Part shown: positions 33,240 to 44,811 of the stretch, piece after piece
Layout: each line of letters begins with the position of its first letter
How positions within the stretch are numbered: position 1 is the stretch's first letter
DNA from: an uncultured Planctomycetota bacterium
GTDB taxonomy: Bacteria > Planctomycetota > Planctomycetia > Isosphaerales > Isosphaeraceae
Direction of reading: 5' to 3'
NCBI GenBank assembly: GCA_963845755.1
Contig: CAWJTV010000042.1
Coordinates: 96,001 to 160,000 of the forward strand
DNA: 64,000 nt
Notes under the pieces: model-generated
What the model was told of the DNA's origin: nothing
What the model saw: the letters and a program-made list of their open reading frames with translations, nothing else
Database searches by the model: none
Translations under genes and position numbers: made by a program

Positions 33240-33274
33240 TCAAGATAACCGCGCGACGGTCCGGATTGTCCACA
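33240..33274 (-). promoter_or_regulatory. Putative ECF1 autoregulatory promoter
   Basis: TGTGGACAAtccggaccgtCGCGCGGTTaTCtTGA; 28/35 identical to 39690-39724. Confidence 0.7.
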
Positions 33275-33305
33275 CGATTCCGGCGAGATTTCCGAGCCGG
33301 CCCCG

Positions 33306-36300
33306 TCAATTGACCCGCTCGCCCGGCTTCTTGTGGACGAGCTTGTCCTTGGCCCCCTTGAAGAACCAGTCCCGGCCGTGGCCGCCGATCAGCTTGCTGG
33401 CGCTGCCGTCGTCGTGGACGGTCGTCTTCCAGACGAGCCGGAACGACTTTGAGGGGCCGACGCCCTTCATGATGTCCTTGATCCGGGTGTCGTAGGACTT
33501 CCCGGACTGCCACGCCGCGAGGATCGCCTCGAGGGCTTCGTCTTTGGCGAGGCTGCTGGGGTCGTCATCCGTCGTGCCGCCGATCAGGATCGCGTCGCCG
33601 GCGCCGGCGGTGATCTGGTCGGTGCCCTTGCCGCCGATCAGGATGCTGCGGCCGGATCCCCCCTGGATCATGTCATTCCCGGGGCCGCCGATCAGGACGT
33701 TGCCGTGGGCGTCGCCAACGAGGTTACTGCCGTCGGGGCCGCCGCGAACGTCCTCGACGCCTCGGACTCCGCCCTGCACGGCGGTCGCCGTGCCGGCGGC
33801 CAGGTCGACGGCGACCGGGGCGTCGTAGGCCAAATAGTCGAGCCAGTTCCCTCCCCCGGTGCCGTTGATGCTCCCGGTGATCATCGCGCCCGGCTCGAAG
33901 GCGAAGGCATCGTCGGTGCCGGCCCCGCCCTGGAGATCTTGAATACCCTGGAAATCGACCCGTCCCATCAGACTGCCGGTGTCAACGCCGGTGATCGACC
34001 AGCTCGCGGCGAGGATGCTGTTGATCGTGGTCGAATTGACGGCGGCCATGACGTTGCCGGTACCCTGCGCGACGACGTCCACGGCGGTCTGGCCGGTACC
34101 CTTCACGGTGTAACGGTCGGGCCCCGGGCTGCCTTCGAGGGTGACGGATCCCGGGCCGGTATACTTGACCGCGGGGGCCGAGGTGTTGAAGTGGACGGAC
34201 CCCGCGTCCAGGATGTAGTCGCGGCCTCCCGGCCCGTCCTGGTCGGACAGGATGACGGAGGTCGTGCTCGTGCCCTGGATCGACAGTTGCCCCTGGATCG
34301 TGTCGAGGTTCTGCTGGGCGTTGCTCACCAGAACCGTGTCAGCGGCGTCGCCGGCTTCGATGAGCACCGACGTGGCCGCATCTGTCTGCGGGACGTCGAT
34401 CTCGGCCGGTGCGAGGCCGCCGGCCGCGAGGAACAGGGTGCTCAGCGGGTCGTCGGAGTCGTCGAACTGGATGGTCGCCGCGCCCGTGCGCGTGATCTCG
34501 TCGGGCGAGACCACGTAGGTGTCGCTCGCCTTCGCGGTCGTATCGAGCACGGCGAACGTCTTGGTCCCCTTGCTCCACTGGAAGGTCAACGGCCCCTGGA
34601 TGTCGTCGAGCGGGAAGGCCCCGAGGTTGTCCGTGCCACCGCCGGGCAGGACCTCCACGGGGACCCCGGCCGGCGTGCCCTCGACGGCGATGACGTTGGT
34701 GTCGGAGTTTTCGCTGGCGTGGAACGACAGGCTGGAGATCGCGTTGAAGTCGATGACGATGTTCGGCGAGCCGATGCGCTCGAGCTGCGTCGCGGTCAGC
34801 TCGTATTGCTGGGCCTTGCCATCGCCGGAATCATCGATCGTCAGCGGATCCTGGCCGGTGCCGCCGTTGATGGTGAGTGGGCCGAGGATGTGATCGAGCG
34901 AGGGGGACAGATCGCTCACCGCCACGGTGTTGTTGCCGGCCCCGGCATCGATGGTCGTTGTCGTCCCGGAGGCGGTGCCGAAGACGTGGATCGTGTTGGC
35001 TTCCGGGGTCGCCACCTTCAAGACGAGCTGGCCGAGGCTGCTGTAATCGATCGTGGCCTGAGTATTCACCCGTTCGACGTCCGTCTGCGTGACCCGGTAG
35101 GTGTCGGCGCGTGGTGAGCCCTCGTCGTCGATGGTCAGCGTGGTCGTCGGACCGTTCGCGTCGATGACATCCAGGGTCGAGTCGAGGTCGTCGAGCGTGC
35201 TCGACGGGTCGGAGGTGGTACCGCTCGCGCCGCCGTCGAATCCCACGTAGACCTGGGCATCCTCGCCGTTGGTCTGCACGGTCGTGGGTGCGTTGGCGAG
35301 CACGCTCTGGACGTAGATCTGGTCGGGCTGGGACGGGTCGAAGGAATACGTGCCCTCGAGCTTCACGCCGCCGGAGAAATCCCCGCCGGTGGACTGGAAG
35401 GTTACGTCCATCGGGTATCGGTACGAGGAAGGCTGGCCGTAAAGCGTCACGATCTGCCCCACATAGCGGAGGAGGTAACCCTGCGGCGTCGGCAACCCCG
35501 GCTGGGAGTGGCCGGGCGAGAGGCTCGAGGTCAGAGTGAGGATGTCCCCCGTCGAGCTGGCGGCGTCGTCGAACATGATCGCGTTCGAGCCGGCGCCCGC
35601 GTCGATGAAGAGCGGCCCCTGGATATCGTCGAGGGCGCTGCCCGGTCCACCGACCTCGATCGCGTCGTTGCCGCCGGCGGTGGAGACCGTGGTGGCGTCC
35701 GGCTGAGTGTCGGTGACGGTCACCGAGTCGTCACCGGCGAAGGTGTTGACGGCGAGCGTGTCGCTCGACTTGGGCAATGCCGCGTCGACGTGATACGAGA
35801 ACTCCTGGCCGTCGATCGAGGTGTTGACCGAGGCGGTGGTCCACTGCTGCTTGTAGATCGGCTCGCCGTTGGAGCCATACTGGCCCGTGGCGACCTGCTG
35901 GACGCCGACATAGACGGTGTCGTCCCCGGAGCCGCCCTTGATCGTCACGTGGTCGCCGTTTGCATCGGGGGAGGTCGTGTACTCGTGGAGGTTGACGTTC
36001 ACCTGGCTGACGTCGGCGTCGCTGAGATCGTCGATGACGTAGCTCTCGCCGCCGGTGTTGGCCGAGTCGGCGGCGTCGACGCTGACGACCGGAACCTCCA
36101 GGGCGTCGATCTGGCCGATGGATTGCTGATTCTTGTCCTGGCCGGCGACCTCGTATCCGGGGATATCGGAGTGCAGCGAAGTGATCGTCCAGGTCTCGCC
36201 GTCCTGGGCGCCCAGGACATCGAGCTGGGAATTGCTCCCGGTCACCAGGATCCCGCGGACGGTGAGCGGCCCGGCTCCTTCCTGCCATTCGAAGTCCGTC

Positions 36301-39240
36301 TGGCCGTATCCCGCCAGCATGTAGTCGCCGCCGAGCCCCTTGTCGTCCTTCCCCGCGATCATCACATACTGGGAAGACAGGGACGGGTTGACGGAGTTGT
36401 TGTCGGACCCGGCAAGGGGATCGTCGCTGCCGTAGAGGTTGTCATTGCCGAGCCCTCCCCCTTTCATCGTGGCACCCGCGTTGCCGGCCTGGAGCAGATC
36501 GTCCTGCCCGCCGTCCTGGCCGGCGCCCAGCATCTCGGCGGGGTTGGCGATCAGCATGTTCCACGCGGCCTGCTTCTCGGCGTCGTAGCCCTTGGCGCTC
36601 AGGTTGCCGCCGATCAACGTGTTCTGGCCGAATCCCCCCTGGAGTGTGTTGAGCGTCTGGATGGGGGACTTGAGCTTCGCCGGATCGCCTTGCGAGGAAT
36701 TCCACGTGCCCCCAACCATGTAGGTATCGCCATTGCCGAGGTACTGGAAGTCGTTGCCGTGCGGGCCGCCGATGAAGTACTGCGCCGGCGGCGACGCCCT
36801 GGCCGACGGTCACCGTCTCGGCCATCTTCCCGGAGTCCTCGAGCGCGACGATGGTCGTGCCCGGCGTGTCCGCCCCGGGGATCTCCTCGACGGCCCCGAA
36901 GGCGCTCGACGAGGAGGGCCTTGTCGTTGATCCCCTTCTGGTCGGTCGGCAGCGAGATCTCGAAGTCCTCATCGGTGGCCCCGGTGCTGTTGACGTTCTG
37001 GCGTCGCGACGCGTAGTCGCCCATGTCGAGCACGAGGACCTGGTTGGTCCCGGGCAGTTGCTTCTCGATGTCCGCGACGGGCAGGCCGGGAATCGGCGGA
37101 TCCTTGGGATTGAGGTTGCCGAACAGCTCGCCGAGCTGCGGCGGTGCCGGAGGCTGGCACGACGGACACGTGAAATCGAACAGCGTGACGCTGCCCAGGG
37201 GATAGGTGTAATTGATGTCGAAGGGCGAGACCCCGACCTGGACGAATGCCGACAGACTGAGATTCGCCGAACCGCCGATGATGAACGGGCAGAATGGCCC
37301 GCCGCTCACGACGTCGTTGGTGAAATCATCGAGCTGGAGGACCGGGTCGGTCACGGCTTTGCCATTTTGATCGACGGTCTTGACCTGATGATCGTTGGGG
37401 GCCGAATTGCCGGTGTTGATCCCCGTGACGCCGAAGCTCAATCCGATCGAGCCCGTGGCGCCGGTCTGGGCCAGGCCCAGGTCCAGCTTCCCGGTCAAGC
37501 CGATGCTCCCCGTCAACTGGGCCGAGGCTTTCGAGATGAACAGGCCATCGATGGGCTGACCGGCCGCGTTGTGGAAACCGTAGGTATCGACGCCCAGGGT
37601 CAGCCCGGCGGTGATGCCGAAACTCGCCGTGAGCTGGAGGAACAGCGGGATGGGAGGGATGATCGGTCCGATCGCCGGCCCGAGCGCGATGTTCGCCAGC
37701 GTCTGGCTGATCGGAGTCAAGCTGTACTGAACCAGCGCCACGTTGTCGTTGGTCAGCAGCCCCTCGAACGCCAGCGCCGGATCCGCCAGCATCGGGAGGA
37801 TGACCGTCCCGTCGAGGTCACCGCCCAGTTGGGTGAGATAGGGCTGGATCTCGCTGTTGACGGCGCTCGAGTCCTGCGTCGCCTGCGCCTCGATCGAGGA
37901 GAGCAGGGTCGAGAACGTGAGATCCTGCGCGGATCCGCGGTCGATGGCAGCGTACTGCTGGCGAAAGTGACTTCCGCCCCACTCGGAAACGAGAAACTGC
38001 CCGCCCCGCTGACGAGGTCGTGGAGCGTATCCAGTAGAGTCAGGAAACCCTTTTCGTTCATCGGCAGGAAGTCCTGGAGCAACGCCCTGGGCGTCACGGT
38101 GATGCCCAGGTTCGAGAGGACGGGCAATGGCTGATAGAAGAAGTCCACGACGTCCTGCAACGGCTTGATCTGCTTGTCGAGCGCCTGGATGAGCGGGCTG
38201 TTGGCGGGGTCGAGCTCGCTCCCCACGGAGCTCAAGTTGACACCCGCATCGAACGCGACGGTCGGCACCTGGCCGTCGCCCGGACCGTCGAAGGGGCTCG
38301 TGCCGGCGACGACGCTGTTCAACGGCCACTGGACCCCGAGATCCAGCGTGAGCGCCGGCGCGTCGGCGACGTCGAGAGCGTAGTCGAGGTCGACGGTCGC
38401 GGCAGCGGAGCTGGCGAAGTTGATCTGGTCGATGTCGGACGCGCTGAAGTTGTAGATGTTGCCCGAGGCGGACGCATTGAATGTCACCGGGACATCGAGA
38501 GAGCTCGGGGCGTGGGCATCGTCCGTCACCTGGTCGTGTACGCCGTTGAGACTTCCGGCCGTGCCGGCCCATCCTCCGAGGTTGGCCTTGAGCTCGACCT
38601 GCAACAGGGGACTGCTCGGGCCGTTCTGCGTCGGGTCAACGAAGAGGCCGGTCTGATCGAGGCCGAATTTCAGGTCGAGCGTGAAGGTGAGCTGCACGCC
38701 CACGGCCTGGTTGGCGGTCACCGCCAGCGGCGCGAGGCCGGGCAGGCCGAGCTCCAGGGCGACCGTCTCGGTGAGCGGCGTGCTCGTCGCGGCCTGGACG
38801 CTGAACGTGGCCTGGTTCGAGGACGAGCCCGTATTGGCGACCTGGGGCTGGTACGACGCCAGCGCCGTCTCCAGATCCGAGACCACCGTATCCTCGGGCT
38901 TCTGGCCGGTGACGGGCGGGTCGCCCTGGAACGTGGAGGCGATCTGCTGGGCCAGGCTCGCGAAGACCTGCCCCACGGGATCCGACGCCTGGCCGAGCTG
39001 AGTGCCCACCAGGGGCAGCGAGTAGCCGACGGCATTCGGGTTCAGGAGGTGGTCGTTCGCACTCGCTTGCATCTGAATGAAGATGGCCTGGAGTCCCGGG
39101 CCGACGAGCGACCAGTTCAGGCTCAGGAGCGTGCGGTCCTCCAGCGGCTCCGCGATCGGACTGGCGGCGAAACCGCGGCGGACGCGGCGCCTCGGATCAT
39201 ATCGTCGAGGGAACCCATATCGCCAGGTGATCCGATTCAT
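33306..39240 (-). CDS. Giant secreted RTX/hemolysin-type calcium-binding protein (~2000 aa), split by several frameshifts
   Basis: N-terminal Arg-rich stretch + EPLEDRTLLS export motif; repeated LDDIQGPL units; C-terminal GGPGND/GGKGTD repeats and GRDWFF; pieces in ORFs 37753-39318, 36614-38572, 36442-36972 and 33306-36719. Confidence 0.85.
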
Positions 39241-39392
39241 TGGTCGGTCCTCGGTGGGGAGTCCAGGGAAGCAAGTCGGACGTTCCGGTCTTCCGCGTCG
39301 GGCGAAGGCGGCGGGCACCGCGAACGCGCGGAGCGGCGCTGGGCCGCTCCGATCGAGTCGGCGCGGACTTGGCTGTCGAATTCGCGCACCGA

Positions 39393-39641
39393 CTAACAGG
39401 GGTCGGGCGGCTCAACGTGGGCCACAATGCCCACACTCCCCGGCGGATCGGCTTGCCAGGGCGAGTGCTGTTGCTTGCCCGAGGCGCGGGTAATCTCCAC
39501 CGCGCCGGGGCCCTGCCCCGGCAGAATGGGCAGGACGAGCGAAGGGGCCAGCCGCGGCTCGATCGACTCGACGGCGAGGCGGGTTGACCACTGTCGGCGC
39601 GCCGACGGCCGGTGCCGACGTACCCGGTTTATCGAGTTCAT
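39393..39641 (-). CDS. 82-aa peptide with planctomycete export-type motif (ESIEPRLAPS), ending PPDPC
   Basis: RBS gagggag; Arg-rich N-terminus and motif parallel to the adjacent giant protein; promoter-like motif upstream. Confidence 0.7.
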   Translation of the reverse strand: MNSINRVRRHRPSARRQWSTRLAVESIEPRLAPSLVLPILPGQGPGAVEITRASGKQQHSPWQADPPGSVGIVAHVEPPDPC

Positions 39642-39689
39642 GACGACGTCTCCCTCGGAGGAACTCGGGGCGCCGCGACGTGCGGCCCA

Positions 39690-39724
39690 TCATGACAACC
39701 GCGCGGCGCGGCGGTTTGTCCACA
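39690..39724 (-). promoter_or_regulatory. Putative ECF1-dependent promoter of the peptide/RTX operon
   Basis: TGTGGACAAaccgccgcgcCGCGCGGTTgTCaTGA, same spacing as 33240-33274. Confidence 0.7.
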
Positions 39725-40394
39725 GGCCGCGCGATCGCTCACGCGGTTTTCCCTTCGAGGTGCCGGCCTCGACCGCCGGGCATCACCCACCCCAGATCAC
39801 CGGAACCGGCTCTCGAACGCACGGTTCGTACTCCTCGATCTTCGGCAGAGTTAGAGGAAGAGCCCCTCGCGTTTCAACCGCTGGTCGCCCGCCCGGCCCA
39901 GCACGCTGGCGTCCGCCATCCGGGCGGAATTCTCGGGACTCGGGATCTTCAAGCCGAGGTCGTCGGGCATCCCTTCGACAAGCGAGACAACCCGCGCGGC
40001 GTTTTCAGGTGCCCCGGCGGGGATGCCCCGGGGCTAGACTGGCTCCGACCCTCCTTCAAGAAACCATCGCGCTGGCGGCCGATCCTCTCTGCTCCGTCCC
40101 CGGCGATTCGCCAGCCTGGACATGGACATCTACGGCCAACTCACCTGGCCGAAACGGGCGGCGCTGCCCCGAGAGCGTGCCACTCACGACGAGGCGGTGC
40201 GGCCGTGGCGCGAAGTGCCATCCGAAGGTCCCGGCGACCGCGAGACACGGGACATGCTGAAGTGGGTCGGGTACATTTCGCACGAATAGCGCCTATCCAC
40301 TTAATTGCGAGCCTACAGGGCGCGGGCCTCGTGGTCATCACGGAGCCGCCGCGGGGACTTGCTCGCTTCGGTCCGACGACACCGAAGCAATTGA

Positions 40395-40767
40395 GAGTCT
40401 GTTCCCTAAGTCCCCTCCTGAGCCCCCGGATGGGGGCGGAAGCACGTAGCCAGGGGCGTGAGCCCCTGGACGCGGGAGTTCCTCCGAACCGGGAAGCCCC
40501 GGAGGGGCGACAGAAACCCTGTGGCCCTGAGGACGTCTGTCGCCCCTACCTTCTAGACATATGTCCGACCGCATCCTCGGCACGCAAAAAAGCCGGTCGG
40601 ACAGCATGTTTCAGAAGGCTGATCCGGACCATATGTTGTCCAGCGGCACGACATATGTCCGGATCTCCGGGGCTCGAACGACGGTTGAGGGGGTCGCGGT
40701 CGATCATCCAGGGGCTCACGCCCCTGGCTACGTCCGGTCGCCCCTCTGGGGCTTTTGGAACAGACTC
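40395..40767. mobile_element. MITE-like element enclosing a REP-like cluster
   Basis: TIRs GAGTCTGTTCC / GGAACAGACTC, TGA on both flanks, internal perfect 27-bp IR 40444-40470 / 40707-40733, plus AGCCCCGGAGGGGCGAC-type units. Confidence 0.78.
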
Positions 40768-41653
40768 TGAGAGCAGTAACTGTTCGCGATTCAATGGTGA
40801 CAAGCAGACAGGCTCGCATAGAACCGCGAAATTACTTCCCGGACGCTCCGGTCGGATCGACGAATCGCACTAGTTTAAGCGTAAACCATTTTTGACAAAG
40901 GATTTACGTTTATGGTTGGCGGGTTTTTCGCGGAGAACATCCGAGTATGTTTATTTTATCGGTCGAGGGCTAGCCGGGAAACATAGGGCGCTGAGACGGA
41001 GCCCCTGGGAATCAACCCAAGGAGCCAGGAAGTTTAGCATTCACAAGTCTAAGCCCAATAGGATGTTGCGCTTGAGCTTGTGCCATTCGTCGATCCGACC
41101 GAAGCCCGCTGTGGCTCAGGGGGTCAGAGTGGTTTCTAGTTTCTTTATCCAGCCTCGCGAAAAAAACTTGAAACCAGGCCCGACCCCGACCCTCCCGCGA
41201 CCCTCCCCAGGGATCCCCACCGGGTGTGGCCGCGCGCTGGACGCCTGTCGCCGTTTGCTCCTGGGAACGGCTCTCAATATCATGAGGCACGGAGCGGGTG
41301 CCCGTGACCCTGGTATGGCTTCGCCCAGCGCTTACCCTTGGCCGCCGGCGCCCTCGCTGTCGGGCTGGGCGTTGCGGCTCGGCGAAGTTCCGGCCAGGGA
41401 CACCAGGAACACCGCCTGGCATCACGTGGCTTGGCGATGGGGGCAGTGGTCCTGGCGCTGGTCCTGGTCCCGAATCTCGTGGGTCGCTTGTTGACCGTCT
41501 GGTCGTCAGGGCCGCCTACGGTATCCGCCGAACCAGCGCTCCAACTGACTCGGCCCGCAGTGTAGGTTCCCGGGAGTTCGTAGCCACCGGATGCGGGCCG
41601 GGCCGGCGTTCGGTGGCGGAGCGGATCAGCCTCAACAGCCTAAGGGGAATGAA

Positions 41654-43071
41654 ATGGCACAGCCAGGGGCAACTATCGGGCGGAAGCGTGTTCCACTCAT
41701 CGTCTGGGCCGTCGCGCTCGCCCTGGGTCTGAATGGATCGGCCTGGGCCGCGGCCTTCGGGCAGCCGAACGACGACGACGTTATTCCTAAAGGGGCCGAA
41801 TCGAAACCCTTTCGCAAGGTGCTCATTCTTTCAGGAGGCGAGCTTCGCTTTTCAGCGGGCCTCGCGATGATGGCCACGCTTTATCGGAGGGGATGGGTTC
41901 CCGATGTGACCATCTACACCTGCGGATTCTCCAAGATCCCGGCGCGTACTTAAACTCACTCACCCAACTCCAGCCCGGTCAACCCGATCCGGCAAAATGG
42001 TATGAGGCCGCTTTGTCGGACGAGTACTTCCGAATTATGCAAAGAGTCAAAGTCAATAAGGATTTCTTTTCGAGAGTCGTGGATAAAGACGGAAACACCG
42101 GTTCGAGCCTGCTTTACGGGCAAATGACTTCCCGGATCGCGGGAATGCAATTGAAGAAAGAGGTCAACAAGGCACGCGAGCTCCCCTTTCTTTCTTCCCT
42201 ACTAAGAACGAACCCAAACGCATTGAGGATGACTCCGGTAGCCACCTATCCCGCCCTTTATCGAGACAACAAAGACACCCTCCTTGATGTCCCTTTCGAT
42301 CTCAGTCCCCCCGGAATGAATATCCCCTTTTCAGCCAACAAGATGCGCGCAATTTTTCTGGCGACAAAGATCCTCTACCCGCGTGAGTTGCAAAATCAGC
42401 CTCGACCCGAGAATTCTCAGCCCCTCTATCAAGAGGTGGTTTTCACCGATCGGCACACGGCAGACGAAATCGCACGGGTGAAATACGAAAAGTCGGCGAT
42501 CGCAAAGATGTTCCCGAAGGCCCCGATCCATCCCGACGTAGAGGTCCGCAGTGGCTACCGAGTCTGGGATGTGGCCCGGGCTGCATTGGCAGATATGTAC
42601 CTTACGGCGCCCATGTGGCTAGAAGACCCCACGGGGGTTCATCCCAAAGAGCTCTTTTTCACGGGAGCGATGAACATTTCGCCCATCGAATTAGCGCTTT
42701 CCCTGGGCGACGAGGTGATGGCCATTCGAATGAAGGAGTTGCGAGCGTCAAATCCCGCCGAGAAAATCGAATCGTACGTTTATGAAAATACATTCGGCTT
42801 TACCAACGACGAGAGAAGACTGGAGATCAAGAACCGTTTCGGCGATAAGGTGATCTGGATCGATCTGGAAGGAATCCAGGAAATGGAGAAGAGAAACGGT
42901 TTTTCCCCACTGCGCGTCGGAGACGGGCCGAAAATGCATCTAGAGGATAACATCCCCAGTGATCCCGCGGAGTTTAAGAGGCGGAGCAAAGCCCAGTGGG
43001 AGTGGGGTGTGGAGCAGATCAGGCGGGTTGATCTTCGAAGGAAAGGCGGCCATAGCATCCCAGGAAAGTAA
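41654..43071 (+). CDS. Secreted divergent patatin-like protein; frameshift near 41941
   Basis: Signal peptide, KVLILSGGELRF (Gly-rich loop position), PDVTIYTCGFS (nucleophile elbow position); visibly AT-richer than the host genes. Confidence 0.6.
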
Positions 43072-43300
43072 AGCCCGTGACAAGGGGAGATCCGATTGGT
43101 TGAAGAAGCTTCGCGGCAGTTTCTGGTCCTCCCAGATGGGCTTTAGTTCGCTGACGATCGCCTCATTTAAGTGGGGGGCATCCCGCGGCGCGAAGTTACA
43201 CAGCCGATCGTACTTCAGCCAGCGCCACAGGAACTCCACGGGCATCAGCTCCGGGGCGTGCGTCGGCATCGGTTCGATGTCCAGGCACCCCTGCGATCGC
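43057..43300 (-). pseudogene. IS630-family transposase C-terminal fragment
   Basis: MPTHAPELMPVEFLWRWLKY resembles the LPxYxPELNPxExxW motif. Confidence 0.8.
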
Positions 43301-43526
43301 CGCTGCTCCGAAAATCTCCGGGGGACAAGGCTCCGTACGCGCGCAGGGTCCCCACGCCTCCAGGGGCGGTGGCTTTTGAGCGTGGCCAACATAATCGATG
43401 TGAAATTCGCGGATTCTGATCAACTTATTCGAGGTCTTGGCGATAACCACCATCAATTAGCGTGATCGAGCGAGAGCCTTCGCATGGCGTGTCCTCTTTG
43501 AATGTCCTCAGTCCAAGGAGCACGCC

Positions 43527-44111
43527 ATGATAGCGCATGAGTTGCATCGAAGTGGGAGTTTCTGGTCGTTCCTTTTGTCGATTGACAAGGACCTGGCCGA
43601 TTCGGCTCGGCAGCAAGGATGCTCGTGCGGTGGTCGCCTCCACTGCGCCAACTACCCGCGTGCACCGCGCGGCGGGCCGGATCATCTGCCGGAGGAGCAT
43701 CGCTGCCGGTTCAGCTTCTGCTGCGATCGCGACGGCTGCAGGAAGAGGACGACACCGCCATCGGTCCGTTTTCTCGGCAGAAAGGTCTACCTTGGTGCCG
43801 TGGTGATCTTGATCAGCGCCATGCGGCAAGGTCCAACGCCGCGCCGGGTCCACGAGCTTGCGAGGCTGTTTGGTGTGGACCGGGCGACCGTCGCGCGATG
43901 GCAGGCCTTCTGGCGCGACTACATTCCGCAGACGCCTTTTTGGAAACTTGCACGAGGTCACGTCGTGCCAGTTGTGGAAAACGTCGTTTTGCCTCTGTCG
44001 CTGCTGGAAGCGTTCCATCGCACCAAAGATCCCTGCCAGGACTGGAGGCATCTCTTGCGATTTCTGTCGCCGCTTACGGTCCCGAGCAGTCCGCTGATCA
44101 AGATGACGTGA
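43527..44111 (+). CDS. Cys-rich Zn-ribbon/HTH protein resembling accessory genes of DDE transposase + ATPase elements (DUF6431-like)
   Basis: GCSCGGRLHCANYPR, FSFCC..GCRKRTTPPSVRFLGRKVY, LARLFGVDRATVARW. Confidence 0.7.
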   Translation: MIAHELHRSGSFWSFLLSIDKDLADSARQQGCSCGGRLHCANYPRAPRGGPDHLPEEHRCRFSFCCDRDGCRKRTTPPSVRFLGRKVYLGAVVILISAMRQGPTPRRVHELARLFGVDRATVARWQAFWRDYIPQTPFWKLARGHVVPVVENVVLPLSLLEAFHRTKDPCQDWRHLLRFLSPLTVPSSPLIKMT

Positions 44112-44772
44112 TGGTCAACGATCACCCGCAGAGGATGTATCGTCACCGCTTTCGATCAGCGGCGAGCATCGACTCAGGAGGAATTCTTATGCTGTCGAAG
44201 GACATGAAAAGAGCTTAGAAACGACCCGACTGGGTCGACCTGGTGCCCGCGGAACGGACCCTGCTGAAACGGCTCGTACCGAGGCGTTCGACCTTGCGCA
44301 GTGACCGGCGGTGGAAACAGAGCGGCCTCGGCAAGTCGTTCCCCGTTCCTCATAGAGTGTCAGGGAACGGAACACTCGTTCAATGCACCGCCCCATCCGC
44401 AGGATTCTGTCGGGGTGTATATGAACTGCCAAGTGAGGGCACGGCTGGTGCTTCGCAGAAACTGCTTCGGTGTCGTCGGACCGAAGCGCGCCAGCGTTGA
44501 TTTCGCTCCTCACAATCCGGACATTGGGGCGATCGAGCCAAGGAGCCGACGATTTCAGAACGCGTCTCGGTCTTGTCATAGCGCAGACGAGAACCGCTGC
44601 TCGACGGTGAGCGGCAGTCCAAGTACGTGGGCCTCCGGTAGGCTTCACTCCAGGTGCGACGAGTTGCGCCGCGGTGTCCAGTAGATTCGAGGTCGCCAGT
44701 TTCAAATCCATGCATGATATCGCTAGGTCCTCCGATGACCTGAGAGGGACCCTGGCGATCCGATTCCCGCTC

Positions 44773-44806
44773 TTCCGGTCCCGCTTTCCGACCGGCGCGC
44801 GGATAA
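44773..44806 (+). promoter_or_regulatory. Putative ECF2 autoregulatory promoter
   Basis: ttccggtcccgctttccgACCGGCGCGCGGATAA; 28/34 identical to 50231-50264. Confidence 0.7.
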
Positions 44807-44811
44807 AGGGT

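Noticed and set aside
39427..40873. 277-aa and 397-aa plus-strand ORFs
   Set aside because: Arg/Pro-rich with no domain signal, and they run through a promoter motif and repeat element.
41298..41565. Small membrane protein upstream of the patatin-like gene
   Set aside because: Hydrophobic stretches are present but require a frameshift and the start is unclear; not supportable as a feature.
41601..41630. Third copy of the ECF2 promoter motif before the patatin-like gene
   Set aside because: Only loose similarity and altered spacing in GC-rich sequence.
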